Below the pieces are notes generated by a model. That model ran no database searches, was not told the DNA's origin, and worked only from the letters and a program-made list of their open reading frames with translations. A stretch of DNA of 64,000 bases from Chloroflexota bacterium. GTDB taxonomy: Bacteria > Chloroflexota > UBA11872 > VXNJ01. Positions 39,119 through 48,757 of this stretch are shown in pieces (position 1 is the first letter of the stretch; each line of letters begins with the position of its first letter). Location: assembly GCA_965261345.1 (NCBI GenBank), contig OZ253449.1, positions 1,728,001 through 1,792,000 of the forward strand, written 5' to 3'. The translations under genes and the position numbers were made by a program.

Positions 39119-39805
39119 TTAGCGGTAATCCCAGACTTGCTTTAGTTCCTCGACGGTCATCTGCGGTTTCATCTTCGCCAGGATTCCGCCTTCGCGCTTT
39201 CGCACCTGCTCGACCGCCGCCGGGACCTGGTCGATGATCTCGCGCGGGATCTTGGTGACCCCGTTGCGGTCGCCATGCAGGATATCGCCCGGGCTTATCC
39301 AACAACCGGAAACCTGCACCGGTTCATTTACCGCGACCGTGGCCAAATTCCCGTGCGACACGCAGGTCCCGGCGGCGAAGAATTGGACCCCGCCGATTTC
39401 GGCGATTTCCGAAAGATCCCTGATCGCCCCGTCGGTTACCACCGCGATTGCGCCCAGCGATTTGACCGACGTGGCGTACATTTCGCCCCATTGGGAGGCC
39501 CGGGCCGGCCGGTCAGAGACGTCCTTGAATACGCAGATGACCGGTTTGGGCGAGTCCTCGATGGCCTGGAACAGCTGGAATCGCAAGTCGGTGCCCGAGT
39601 CGGCACCGTCGTCCACGCTGCGGATCGTGCAGGTGACCGCGTAGCCGCAGACTGGGTCCATCTCGGGGAAGTAACAGCCGATCTCCGGCCCAAGGTAACC
39701 TTCGTGCCGGGGACGCACGTTTAGCGGTTCGATGGCGTTGCAGATCGTCGGGCTGTCGGTGCTCGCCAATTTGGCCAAGAGGCCGGCTGGTAGGGGTTCG
39801 ATCAT
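39119..39805 (-). CDS. RraA / HMG-CHA aldolase-like protein
   Basis: DSPTICNA, GYAVT, WGE, VTDGAIRD, PGDILHGDRNG. Confidence 0.85.
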   Translation of the reverse strand: MIEPLPAGLLAKLASTDSPTICNAIEPLNVRPRHEGYLGPEIGCYFPEMDPVCGYAVTCTIRSVDDGADSGTDLRFQLFQAIEDSPKPVICVFKDVSDRPARASQWGEMYATSVKSLGAIAVVTDGAIRDLSEIAEIGGVQFFAAGTCVSHGNLATVAVNEPVQVSGCWISPGDILHGDRNGVTKIPREIIDQVPAAVEQVRKREGGILAKMKPQMTVEELKQVWDYR

Positions 39806-39827
39806 TTTTGCTCCAATTGGTGCTTAA

Positions 39828-40712
39828 TTACCAATAATCCTCGGTAATGACTTGCGCGCCGCGCCCGGTCAGCAAATAGTCCAGCGGCTCCAGCGCCAAT
39901 TTGATATCGGTGATCATATCCGGATTGCCGCAGAGGTAGAAGGCGCTTTTGCCCGGCCCCAATCGGTCGCCCACGGCGGCCAGCTCCGATCTGGCCAGCT
40001 CGGGGGCCACGCGCCCGGTTGGATTGCATGCCAGCAGCAACCGGACGATGTCGTTGGCCCGGCCCCGCGAGAGATCGTCGGTAAAGTCGGGATCGCCGGT
40101 CGGACGCGAGACGGTCGGAATATAGGTCAGCCCCAATTCGGGGTCGGCGGCGAGGTCTTCCAGCTCCTGACGGTAGCCAAGTTCGCTGGCGTAGCTTACG
40201 CCGTGGATGACGGTCAGCCTGCGTTGCGGCCGGGTCCCCTGGTCTAGTTCGGCGCGCTGCTGGCGCGCCATTGCCACGAACGGTGCCAAGCCGGTCCCGG
40301 TGGCCACGCAGATTACTTCGTCCTCGGAGGTGCGCGGCAGGTCGAAGCGGCCGGCCGGCCCCATGTATAGCAGCTTGGCGCCGGGATTGCGGTGTTGCCA
40401 CATGGTCCCGGTGAAATAGCCCAGGCTCTTGCCGTCGGCGCCACCGTCGCGCACCAGGACAACGTAGAACTCAAGCTCGCTGCGATTCAATGGGGCCGAT
40501 GCAATCGAATACTGGCGTGGCCGCGGGTCATCTTCGGGTTGGTCCCAGAACGCCAGTTGGGCATATTGCCCGGGGCGAAATTTAAAGAATTGCTCGCCGT
40601 CACTGCGCGCGATCTTAAATATCGCCAGGTCCTCGCGGCCCACTTCCTCCCAGCTGGTAAGTTCGGCTTCCTGCATTCGTTCGCGCAGGTCGCGGCGTTG
40701 GCGGGCGGCCAT
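39828..40712 (-). CDS. Ferredoxin/flavodoxin--NADP reductase (Fpr-type)
   Basis: FRPGQY, RQYSIAS, ATGTGLAPF, YLCGNP, C-terminal EDYW. Confidence 0.88.
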   Translation of the reverse strand: MAARQRRDLRERMQEAELTSWEEVGREDLAIFKIARSDGEQFFKFRPGQYAQLAFWDQPEDDPRPRQYSIASAPLNRSELEFYVVLVRDGGADGKSLGYFTGTMWQHRNPGAKLLYMGPAGRFDLPRTSEDEVICVATGTGLAPFVAMARQQRAELDQGTRPQRRLTVIHGVSYASELGYRQELEDLAADPELGLTYIPTVSRPTGDPDFTDDLSRGRANDIVRLLLACNPTGRVAPELARSELAAVGDRLGPGKSAFYLCGNPDMITDIKLALEPLDYLLTGRGAQVITEDYW

Positions 40713-40714
40713 AT

Positions 40715-42121
40715 TTAAGCGGGAACTGAGCTGGAATTGACTTTTTCGGCCAGCGCTTCGGCTGGTTCAACCATGATTTCGGCCAGGGTGGGATGCAGGT
40801 GCGGGATGCGGGCAAAGTCGCCGACGGTCGCCCGGTAGTGCATCGCCACCACGGCCTCGTGGATCAGGTCGGGACCTTCGGGGCCCAGCACATGAACACC
40901 GAGGAGCTCACCGGTTCGGCCGTCGGCCACCATTTTGACCAGGCCCTTGTTCTGCCCCATGGTAAGGGCCTTGCCCTGGTCCTCGAACGATTCGGTTGCC
41001 ACGATGACCGATTCATAGCGCGCCCGCGCGGCCTTTTCGGTTAGTCCGACGGTGCCGACCGCCGGGTCGGTAAAAACCGCCTGCGGAACCACCCGCAGAT
41101 CAAACTGCTGCGGCGGCTTGCCGGCCACGTTGTCGCCGATGATCTGGCCCTGTTGGACTGCGGTGTGGACAACCTGCAGCGGTCCGACTTCGCGGCCGAT
41201 GCAATCGCCGGCGGCGTAAACGTTGGGGTTCGAGGTCTGCATGAAGGTGTTTACCAGGATCCAGCCGCGTTCGGTTTCCACCCCGGCCCGTTCCAGCCCC
41301 AGGCCGGCGATTGCGGGGCGCCGTCCCAGCGCCACCAGGATCTCGCTGGCCGAAAATCGCGCCGGACCGGCGCCGGTTTCGAGCTCGACCTGCTTGGCGC
41401 CGTCGGGCGAACGCGAAAACCGCGTGATACGAGTGCCGGTAACTATCCGTATGCCCTCGCGTTTCAGGTAAACGGCCAGTTGCCGGCCGATCGCCTCGTC
41501 TAGGCCCGAAAGCACGTGGTCGGAGCGCTGGACCACGGTGACCGCGACCCCCAGCCGCGAAAACAACTGGGCAAATTCAAGCGCCACCGCCCCGCCGCCG
41601 ATCACCAGCAGCGAGTCTGGCAGGGCATCGAGGGTCTGGGCCTGGTCGGAATCGATATAGCCGACCGCGGCCAGGCCCGGCAGCAGCGGAGTAGCGATCT
41701 CGGAACCGGTCGTTACCGCGAAGTAGTCGGCGCTAAGGACCCGGCCGTCGACCTGGATCGAACGCCGGTCGAGAAACGAACCCCGGCCCTTGATCATCTC
41801 CACGTTGGCCAGGTTTTCGGCCGAGACCTGGCGGTAGCTGGCAAACTCTTGCACCAGCGCGTCCTTGCGGGCCCTGACCGCCGGCCAGTCAATCGCCGGG
41901 GCCGAGCTGTTGATTCCCAATGAGGCCGCTTCACGCACCAGCTGGGCGATTTCGGCCGATCGCAGCAGGGTCTTGGTCGGCATGCAGCCACGCAGGATGC
42001 AAAGTCCGCCGAATCGGTCGGCGGCCTCGACTAGGGCGACTCGCAAACCGTTGGCGGACGCCGTGCTGGCCGCGTGATATCCCGCCGATCCGCCGCCAAT
42101 TACGATGAAGTCGTAATGCAG
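40715..42121 (-). CDS. Flavoprotein disulfide reductase (dihydrolipoyl dehydrogenase/MerA-like); CTG start
   Basis: YDFIVIGGGSAG upstream of the track start, GGLCILRGCMPTK redox disulfide, YAAGD, HPTLAE; no C-terminal Cys pair. Confidence 0.88.
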   Translation of the reverse strand: MHYDFIVIGGGSAGYHAASTASANGLRVALVEAADRFGGLCILRGCMPTKTLLRSAEIAQLVREAASLGINSSAPAIDWPAVRARKDALVQEFASYRQVSAENLANVEMIKGRGSFLDRRSIQVDGRVLSADYFAVTTGSEIATPLLPGLAAVGYIDSDQAQTLDALPDSLLVIGGGAVALEFAQLFSRLGVAVTVVQRSDHVLSGLDEAIGRQLAVYLKREGIRIVTGTRITRFSRSPDGAKQVELETGAGPARFSASEILVALGRRPAIAGLGLERAGVETERGWILVNTFMQTSNPNVYAAGDCIGREVGPLQVVHTAVQQGQIIGDNVAGKPPQQFDLRVVPQAVFTDPAVGTVGLTEKAARARYESVIVATESFEDQGKALTMGQNKGLVKMVADGRTGELLGVHVLGPEGPDLIHEAVVAMHYRATVGDFARIPHLHPTLAEIMVEPAEALAEKVNSSSVPA

Positions 42122-42389
42122 CTTGCCGGGCTCCTCGGTTCGCAGGCCAGCCAGTGGCCAGGATTTTGTTGCTGGATTATCCCCGGCGCGGGCCCCCCGG
42201 GACCGCCGACCCTAGACTTTTTTAGGGCGGCAATGGTGGGCGTCAATTCCGTTCAGGTCCAAAGCCCGGTCCCTGCAACTTCCAACGGCCCGCCCGGGCC
42301 GATCGCCAACGCGTGGCCTAATTGACCTCCAATCTCCCCGGGTCGCCCGGTTTTCCGATCGCCGTGCCGCGGCCCCGGCGTCGCCCGGT

Positions 42390-43637
42390 TTGATACCTTC
42401 GGCCAACCAATGGCGGGCGCCCTGGATGCGCAACGCGCTCTCGGTGGTGGTCGGCATGTTTGCCACCTTTTTCGGCTACTCGTTCTTTGTTCCATTCCTG
42501 GCACTCTACTTCCAGGAGCTTGGCCTGAGCGTTGCCGAGTCGGCCGCCTGGGCGGGTTACACCGGGTTCGGTCAGGGCTTGGGTTTTGCGATTTCAGCGC
42601 CCCTTTGGGGAATGCTGGCCGATCGCATCGGGCGCAAACCGATGGTGGTGCGGGCTATGATCGCCTCCTCCGGCGGGTTTCTGCTGATTCCGTTATTCCA
42701 CAATCCGGTGGCGGTGTTTGTAATCATCCTGGTGCGTGGTTTTCTGGCCGGACCGGGCACCGCCGCAATGGCGCTTATCTCGGCCTCTACCCCGCCCCGG
42801 CAGATGGCGATGGTGGTGGGTTGGATCGAGGCCGCGCAGGTACTGGGAATCAGCCTGGGGCTAGCCGCCGGGGCTATCCTGGCCGCCAGCATAGGGATTG
42901 CCAACACGTTCCTTTTCGCCGGTGCCTTCGGCGTGCTGGGCGCCACGGTCGTACTGTTTGGCGCACAAGAAAAATTCGAGCGGCCGGCCAAGTACAGCGC
43001 CGCGCCAACCCAGGGCCTGCCGGCCCGCTTTGTCGGAAGCCTAAAACAGGCTCGCTCCACCCTGAACCCCACGCTGGGCTTCGCCTTCCTGGCGATGGGC
43101 GGGGTCTGGATGTCGCAGCAGGGGGTCGGATACATATTCATCCTGCAGGTTCAAACCATGGCCGACCCGAGCGTGGTCGCTCTCTATTCCGGTTTTATGC
43201 AGAGCGCTTTTTCGGTGGCCATGTTCGTCGGTGTGCTGCTGGCCAACCGGGCTGGTCACCGCTGGGGATACCGCAAGGTCCTTTTCCTGGGCATTGTGGC
43301 TGCCTCGGTGCTTTTTATCCCGCAGGGTCTGACCGGACAGATCTGGGTCTTTGCCCTGGCCCGGGCGGTCCAGGGTTTTTGTACCGGGTTGGTATCTCCG
43401 CTTGCACGGGCGCTGGTGGCGCTGGCCTCCAAACCGGAGGATCGCGGCACCGTATTCGGGCTCTCGGGGGTGTTTTCCGGAATGGGTGGGGCGATCGGGC
43501 CGTTGTTGTTCGGTTCGCTGCTGGCGGTCAACCTGGGAGTCGGGCCGGCGATTGCCCTGGCGGCGGTCTGCTACCTGCCAGCCGTTGTGGCCATCAATTG
43601 GCGAGGCGAAATCGACGCCCTGGCCACCCGCGGTTAG
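42390..43637 (+). CDS. MFS transporter (DHA1/MdtG-like)
   Basis: WGMLADRIGRKPM motif A; about 12 hydrophobic segments. Confidence 0.88.
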   Translation: MIPSANQWRAPWMRNALSVVVGMFATFFGYSFFVPFLALYFQELGLSVAESAAWAGYTGFGQGLGFAISAPLWGMLADRIGRKPMVVRAMIASSGGFLLIPLFHNPVAVFVIILVRGFLAGPGTAAMALISASTPPRQMAMVVGWIEAAQVLGISLGLAAGAILAASIGIANTFLFAGAFGVLGATVVLFGAQEKFERPAKYSAAPTQGLPARFVGSLKQARSTLNPTLGFAFLAMGGVWMSQQGVGYIFILQVQTMADPSVVALYSGFMQSAFSVAMFVGVLLANRAGHRWGYRKVLFLGIVAASVLFIPQGLTGQIWVFALARAVQGFCTGLVSPLARALVALASKPEDRGTVFGLSGVFSGMGGAIGPLLFGSLLAVNLGVGPAIALAAVCYLPAVVAINWRGEIDALATRG

Positions 43638-43653
43638 CACCCCCCCCAACCCC

Positions 43654-44646
43654 CTAAGGGGCTTCTTCAGGTTCCTCCGGCCGGGCGTACCAGAATCGGC
43701 CGAATCGCCAATCTCGGCGGCGGGCCATGCCCTCGTCATCAACGGCGTTGGGGGCCGCGATCTCACGGGTGGCATCGACCGCCTGGCGCAATTGCGAGGA
43801 GAGGTAGTCGAGCAGATGCAGAGCCATCGCCTCAGCGGTGGCCGGTTCGACCGATGCCCCCATCGCGCGCTCGCCATGATGGGAGAGTACCAGGTGGCGA
43901 AGCTGCATCGCCAGTTCCGGTGACGTGCCTACTTCAGCACAGGCGCTAGCTACCCACGAATCGCAGATCGCAATGTGGCCGACCAGCGAGCCGGGCGCCG
44001 AATAGGCAAATTCGGTTCCGCGCGGGGTGAGTTCGACCAGTTTGCCCAAGTCGTGGAGGATGCACCCGGCGTATACGAGGTCGCGGTCCAGTTCCCGGTA
44101 TTGCTGGCAAAGGGTTGTGGCCAACGCCAACATTTCCAGCACGTGTTCGATCAACCCGCCCAGATAAGCGTGGTGGCGGCGCGAAGCGGCCGGCCACTGT
44201 TCGATTCCGGCCGCAACTTCGTCCCTTGCCAGCACCACACCGCAGACGGCCGCGATTTCCGGCGACGACTCGGCGATCCGGTCGATATAGCCGTCCAACT
44301 CGCCGAACATTTCCCGCCGATCGCGCGACGAAGTGACCACAAACTGATCGGCCACCGCCGGATCTTGAACCAATGCGATCGCCTCCAGCTTCAAGTTCAT
44401 TTGATCGCGGAAGGTATCGACCGACGCCCTGATCCCTACCGCTTTTCCGACCGGCAGTTCGAACGCCGTTTCCGGCGGCCTAAAGAAACGGGCCACGATG
44501 CTCAACTGGTCGGTGCCTTTGAGCTCGCCCTGCCAGTAGGGGTTGCCATTGCGGTCCTGTCGCCGCTCCGACCCGACCAGCAGCATGATTCCCTCGACCC
44601 TTCCACCCGATTGCATCTGGCCAACCTTTAAGCCATTGGCGCTCAT
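43654..44646 (-). CDS. OB-fold + HD-domain 3'-5' exoribonuclease YhaM-like
   Basis: HHAYLGGLIEH, LHDLGK, GHI, HLVLSHHG; N-terminal OB fold. Confidence 0.88.
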   Translation of the reverse strand: MSANGLKVGQMQSGGRVEGIMLLVGSERRQDRNGNPYWQGELKGTDQLSIVARFFRPPETAFELPVGKAVGIRASVDTFRDQMNLKLEAIALVQDPAVADQFVVTSSRDRREMFGELDGYIDRIAESSPEIAAVCGVVLARDEVAAGIEQWPAASRRHHAYLGGLIEHVLEMLALATTLCQQYRELDRDLVYAGCILHDLGKLVELTPRGTEFAYSAPGSLVGHIAICDSWVASACAEVGTSPELAMQLRHLVLSHHGERAMGASVEPATAEAMALHLLDYLSSQLRQAVDATREIAAPNAVDDEGMARRRDWRFGRFWYARPEEPEEAP

Positions 44647-45035
44647 CGCCGCCGCCAGCGGTCAATCCAGCCGGCCAACCGACCCGGCTCGGGGCGGTCG
44701 TCGATCGTGCGTCCTCGCCACATCTTGCCTCTTCTGCGCGAGCCGCCGCTCCGGCCGCGCCCGAGGGTGGAAACATAGGCGACAAAGATCATGAGTAAAC
44801 CGGCGGTCGCGCTTATCGGTACGATGAGCCGCATGAACGGAAACAGGGCCAGAAAAAGCGAGATCACTATCAAAACCGCGCCGGTGGTGGCCAGCTGCCG
44901 CGGGGATGAAATCCGATCGAGCACGAATCGACCCAGGCGGTCCAGTATGCCAACCGGCGGAGGTGTCCGTTCCGCCGATCCGCTGTCCCGCAGGATCTCG
45001 CGTACTTCATCTTCCCAGTCGCGCTTTTTGCCCAT
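44643..45035 (-). CDS. Small two-TM hypothetical protein
   Basis: MGKKRDWEDEVREIL, two TM helices, basic tail; ATGA overlap with the HD gene. Confidence 0.6.
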   Translation of the reverse strand: MGKKRDWEDEVREILRDSGSAERTPPPVGILDRLGRFVLDRISSPRQLATTGAVLIVISLFLALFPFMRLIVPISATAGLLMIFVAYVSTLGRGRSGGSRRRGKMWRGRTIDDRPEPGRLAGWIDRWRRR

Positions 45036-45126
45036 GTTCACCGAGCCTTATCGAGATTCCCGCCGAGGCGACCGACGGCCCCCCACTGTTTGGCGCGATT
45101 TTTGCACGCCACCGCGGCCGCCGATG

Positions 45127-46527
45127 CTATGCCACCGCGGCCGGAATGCGGCGGTGGTAATCGGTGGCCTGCTGGTAGGCGTGGGCGATACGTAGCACCA
45201 TCGCATCGGAGAACTTTGACCCCGAGATCATCACGCTGGTGGGCAGCCCCTGCTCGTCGAAACCCGAAGGGATTGCCAGCGATGGCTGATGGGTGGCATT
45301 GAAAACTCCGGTAATCGCATCCATGCGAAGGTATTCGGTGATCAGGTCGGGGTTGTCAGATCGGCCCGCGGTGGTGTAGTTGGTGGGGGTAATGATCGCG
45401 TCAAAATCATCGAAAAACCGCTCGGCTTCGATCGTCAGCTGACGCCGCCGGTCGACAAGCTCAAGGTACCGGCTGGCCGGTGCGGTCGACGATTCAAGCA
45501 GGCGGGCCCGAACGTCCGCGGCAAGCAACCCGAATCGCTCCTCATCGCGCATCAGCGTCCGGAGACTGTGCGGCGCCTCGATCGCCGTCAGCTGTCGGTT
45601 GGGCTCGACCGCCGGGGCCGCCCAGGGGACTGGCACCCGGGCGATGATCGCACCCATTGATTCCCAGATCGCAATCGCCCGTTCCACGTTCTGGACTATC
45701 GCATCGGGCAGATCGTCGAAGAAATGTTCGGTCGGGACCGCCAGGCGGCGGCCGGCCACACCCATCCCGATCCCGGCGGCAAAGTCGGGCGATCCGACGT
45801 CCACACTGTAGGGATCGCGCCGATCGTGCCCGGCGAGCGCCGAGAGCATGATTGCGCAATCATGCGCCGAGCGCGCCAGCGGCCCCACCACGCCCTGGGT
45901 CGGGGTCAGCGCCAAGGCGCCGAATTTTGGGACCAATCCAAAGGTCGGTTTGTGGCCGCAAATTCCGCAGTGCGCGGCCGGGGTGCGAATCGAACCGCCG
46001 GCGTCGCTGCCGGTGCCCCCAAAGGCCATCCCGCTGGCGACCGCGACCGCGGTTCCGCCCGAGGACCCTCCCGATACGCGGGCCGGATCCCAGGGATTGG
46101 CTGGAGTCCCGAAATGACGGTTGATATTGCTGGCGCCAAACCCTAGTTCGTGCATATTGGCAAAACCCAGGATTACCGCCCCGGCGGCCTTGATTTGCGC
46201 TACCGGGCTGGAGTCCTCCCTGGCCGGAGTCTTGTCCAGAACGATCGATCCGCCGCTGTAGGCGTAGCCGGCCATCGCTTGGTTGTCTTTGAAAACGACC
46301 GGAATGCCGTGCAGCGGACCGAGCTCGCAACCATCGGATAGCTGCCGATCGCGCTCGGACGCCTCGGCCAGGGCCGCTTCCGGGCGCAGGGTGATGAACG
46401 CGTTCTGATGGGCCGGCAGCGCCTGATAACGATCAAGGCAGGCAGTTGCCAGTTCGGTCGAGGAAATCTGGCGATTGCGGATCATCCGGCTTGCCCGGGC
46501 AATGCTCAGGAAGTAGATCTGGTTCAA
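45127..46527 (-). CDS. Amidase signature family protein
   Basis: GPLHGIPVVFKD, GGSSGG, GSDAGGSIR.PA, GHKPTFG; AGGAG SD before TTG. Confidence 0.92.
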   Translation of the reverse strand: MNQIYFLSIARASRMIRNRQISSTELATACLDRYQALPAHQNAFITLRPEAALAEASERDRQLSDGCELGPLHGIPVVFKDNQAMAGYAYSGGSIVLDKTPAREDSSPVAQIKAAGAVILGFANMHELGFGASNINRHFGTPANPWDPARVSGGSSGGTAVAVASGMAFGGTGSDAGGSIRTPAAHCGICGHKPTFGLVPKFGALALTPTQGVVGPLARSAHDCAIMLSALAGHDRRDPYSVDVGSPDFAAGIGMGVAGRRLAVPTEHFFDDLPDAIVQNVERAIAIWESMGAIIARVPVPWAAPAVEPNRQLTAIEAPHSLRTLMRDEERFGLLAADVRARLLESSTAPASRYLELVDRRRQLTIEAERFFDDFDAIITPTNYTTAGRSDNPDLITEYLRMDAITGVFNATHQPSLAIPSGFDEQGLPTSVMISGSKFSDAMVLRIAHAYQQATDYHRRIPAAVA

Positions 46528-46535
46528 GTTATCTC

Positions 46536-47936
46536 CTAGTCAAGGTGCGGTCGGGCCAGGTGCCATTCGGTCACATTCTGGAAGGCGTTGGCCGCCGCGA
46601 GCACTACGTCGTCGCGCCAGCGGGCTGCCGAAATCATCAAACCGATCGGCAATCGCTGGTGATCGAATCCACAGGGGACCGATATCGATGGCTGTCCGGT
46701 CTGGTCGAATATGCCGGTAAACGCCACGTCGCGCAGGTAACGCCGGGTGTCCGCGCCGTCGATCGGCCCGGCGGTGCGATGGCAGGTCGGGGTCAGCAAC
46801 AGGTCGTATTCGGAGAGCAGCAATTCGGATTCGCGGACGATGCGGGCGCGGCGATCGAGCATATCCTGGTAGTCGACCGCCGAAATCTGGGCCGCCGATC
46901 GGAGCCGGGCGCGTGAATCGGGCGAAACCGAATCGACGCGCCCGGGATCGGCCAACAGCTGCCGATGCACCCAGGCGGCCTCGGCCGGGACCATGGCGCT
47001 GTTATTGGCAAAAGCCGCTCCCGCCCAGGGGGTGGATACAGTCTGGACGGTGGCTCCAAGCCGGGCGAATTCGCCGATCGCCCGGTCGAACGCCGACTGC
47101 ACGTCAGGCGCAAGATCGGCAAAGTGGGGATCGTCGGGGACCGCAATTCGCCACGCGCTATCGAACCGGTCCAGCGAGTCCACGGTCGCCGGTCGGGGTC
47201 CGGGCGGGCAGTACGGATCGTGCGGGTCGTAGCCGGCAATTGCATCGAGCATGATCGCGCAGTCGCGGGCCGACCGGGCCATCGGCCCGGCGTGATCCAG
47301 GTTCACCGAGAGCGGGAAGACGCCGCGCTTGGAGACGAATCCGTAGGTGGGTTTGTGACCCGAAATTCCGCAAAGCGAAGCCGGCAGGCGAATGGATCCG
47401 CCGGTATCAGAGCCAAGCGCCAGCGGTGCGGCGCCGATCGCAACCGCCACCGCCGATCCCGACGACGACCCGCCGGGCACTCGATCGCGTTTCCACGGGT
47501 TGGGCGGCGTGCCAAAGTGCGGATTAACGCCGGTGACCCCGAAGGCGAATTCGTGCAGTACAGTCTTGCCCAGGATGATCGCCCCGGCTTCAATGAGGCG
47601 AGCGACAGCGTAGCTATCCTCGGTCGCCGGCGGGTCGTCAGCGCGGGTTGGCGAGGCGGCGGTAGTCACCATCCCGGCAATGTCGTAAAGATCCTTGGCG
47701 GCCACCACGATACCGCCCAGCGGTTTTTGAAGGTCCGAATCGGTCATCGCCGCCGCCCGGGCGAGCGCCGACTCCGACATCACGTCGAGCCAGGCGTTGG
47801 CGAACGCCGGCTGACCGGCTATGTGGTCAAGGTGCAATTGGACTAGCTCGACCGGAGAAATCCGGCTCCGCCGCAGCAAATCGCGCTGCTCGACAACGCC
47901 GGCAAACAAAATTGGATCGAGCATATTCACCGCCAC
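46536..47936 (-). CDS. Amidase signature family protein
   Basis: AKDLYD, GGSSSGS, GSDTGGSIR.PA, GHKPTYG. Confidence 0.92.
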   Translation of the reverse strand: MAVNMLDPILFAGVVEQRDLLRRSRISPVELVQLHLDHIAGQPAFANAWLDVMSESALARAAAMTDSDLQKPLGGIVVAAKDLYDIAGMVTTAASPTRADDPPATEDSYAVARLIEAGAIILGKTVLHEFAFGVTGVNPHFGTPPNPWKRDRVPGGSSSGSAVAVAIGAAPLALGSDTGGSIRLPASLCGISGHKPTYGFVSKRGVFPLSVNLDHAGPMARSARDCAIMLDAIAGYDPHDPYCPPGPRPATVDSLDRFDSAWRIAVPDDPHFADLAPDVQSAFDRAIGEFARLGATVQTVSTPWAGAAFANNSAMVPAEAAWVHRQLLADPGRVDSVSPDSRARLRSAAQISAVDYQDMLDRRARIVRESELLLSEYDLLLTPTCHRTAGPIDGADTRRYLRDVAFTGIFDQTGQPSISVPCGFDHQRLPIGLMISAARWRDDVVLAAANAFQNVTEWHLARPHLD

Positions 47937-47972
47937 GCAAGGGTATCGGCATTCTAGGAGTCAGTTGGTCCG

Positions 47973-48755
47973 ATGGCTGAATTAAACGGCCCACGCGCTG
48001 CGGCGGACCAGATTCGCTTGCATGTATTGCTGGCTCGCGCCGGGGCGGGGTCGCGTCGCGCCATGGAGGCGGCCATCCTGGCCGGCAGGGTTCGGGTCAA
48101 CGGCGTCCGGGTGCTGACCGGACGGATGGTCAATCCGCGAATGGACCTTATCGAATTGGATGGTCAAGCCGTTGGCGGGCGACCCGCGCGGCCGGTCTAT
48201 CTGCTGCTCAACAAGCCGCGCGGCGTAATAACGACGGCCCGCGACGAACGCGGGCGCGAGACCGTGCTAGATCTTGTCGATTGCCCCGAACGGGTGTTTC
48301 CGGTTGGCCGCCTGGACCGGCAGTCGGAAGGCCTGGTGCTGCTAACCAACGACGGTCCGCTGGCCAACCGATTGACCCATCCCCGCTACCAGCACCTGCG
48401 CCGTTATCAGGTGACGGTGGCGGGGACCCTGCGGCCGGGGGACCTGTACCGCCTGCGCAGCGGGATCGTCATCGGCGATCGGCGGACCTTGCCGGCCGAG
48501 GTCCGGGTTCGTGCGCGGTCGACTTCCCACACCGACCTGGACATGGTCTTGCGCGAGGGTCGCAATCGCCAAATCCGGCGGATGCTCGAATCCTGCGGGA
48601 AGCGAATCCTGCACCTGCGCCGGGTGGGGCTGGCCGGGTTGACCCTGGAGGGACTGGGGTCTGGACACTTTCGTTATCTGACCCGGCATGAGCGGACCGG
48701 ATTGCTCCGGATTGTCGGGTTGGACTGGTTCCCAAACCGGCACCACCCGGCTTGA
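47973..48755 (+). CDS. rRNA pseudouridine synthase (RluB/RsuA family)
   Basis: S4-like SRR, LNKPRG, PVGRLD..SEGL.LLTNDG, EGRNRQIRRM. Confidence 0.93.
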   Translation: MAELNGPRAAADQIRLHVLLARAGAGSRRAMEAAILAGRVRVNGVRVLTGRMVNPRMDLIELDGQAVGGRPARPVYLLLNKPRGVITTARDERGRETVLDLVDCPERVFPVGRLDRQSEGLVLLTNDGPLANRLTHPRYQHLRRYQVTVAGTLRPGDLYRLRSGIVIGDRRTLPAEVRVRARSTSHTDLDMVLREGRNRQIRRMLESCGKRILHLRRVGLAGLTLEGLGSGHFRYLTRHERTGLLRIVGLDWFPNRHHPA

Positions 48756-48757
48756 CG

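Noticed and set aside
40715-42121. Mercuric reductase / mer operon
   Set aside because: No C-terminal Cys pair, no metal-binding N-domain and no merR/T/P; HPTLAE is Lpd-like.
42410-43657. Long alternative-frame ORFs (this 415-aa one, 59263-60366, 48824-49831 and many others)
   Set aside because: They are Arg/Pro/Gly-rich shadow ORFs overlapping well-supported genes, as expected at high GC.
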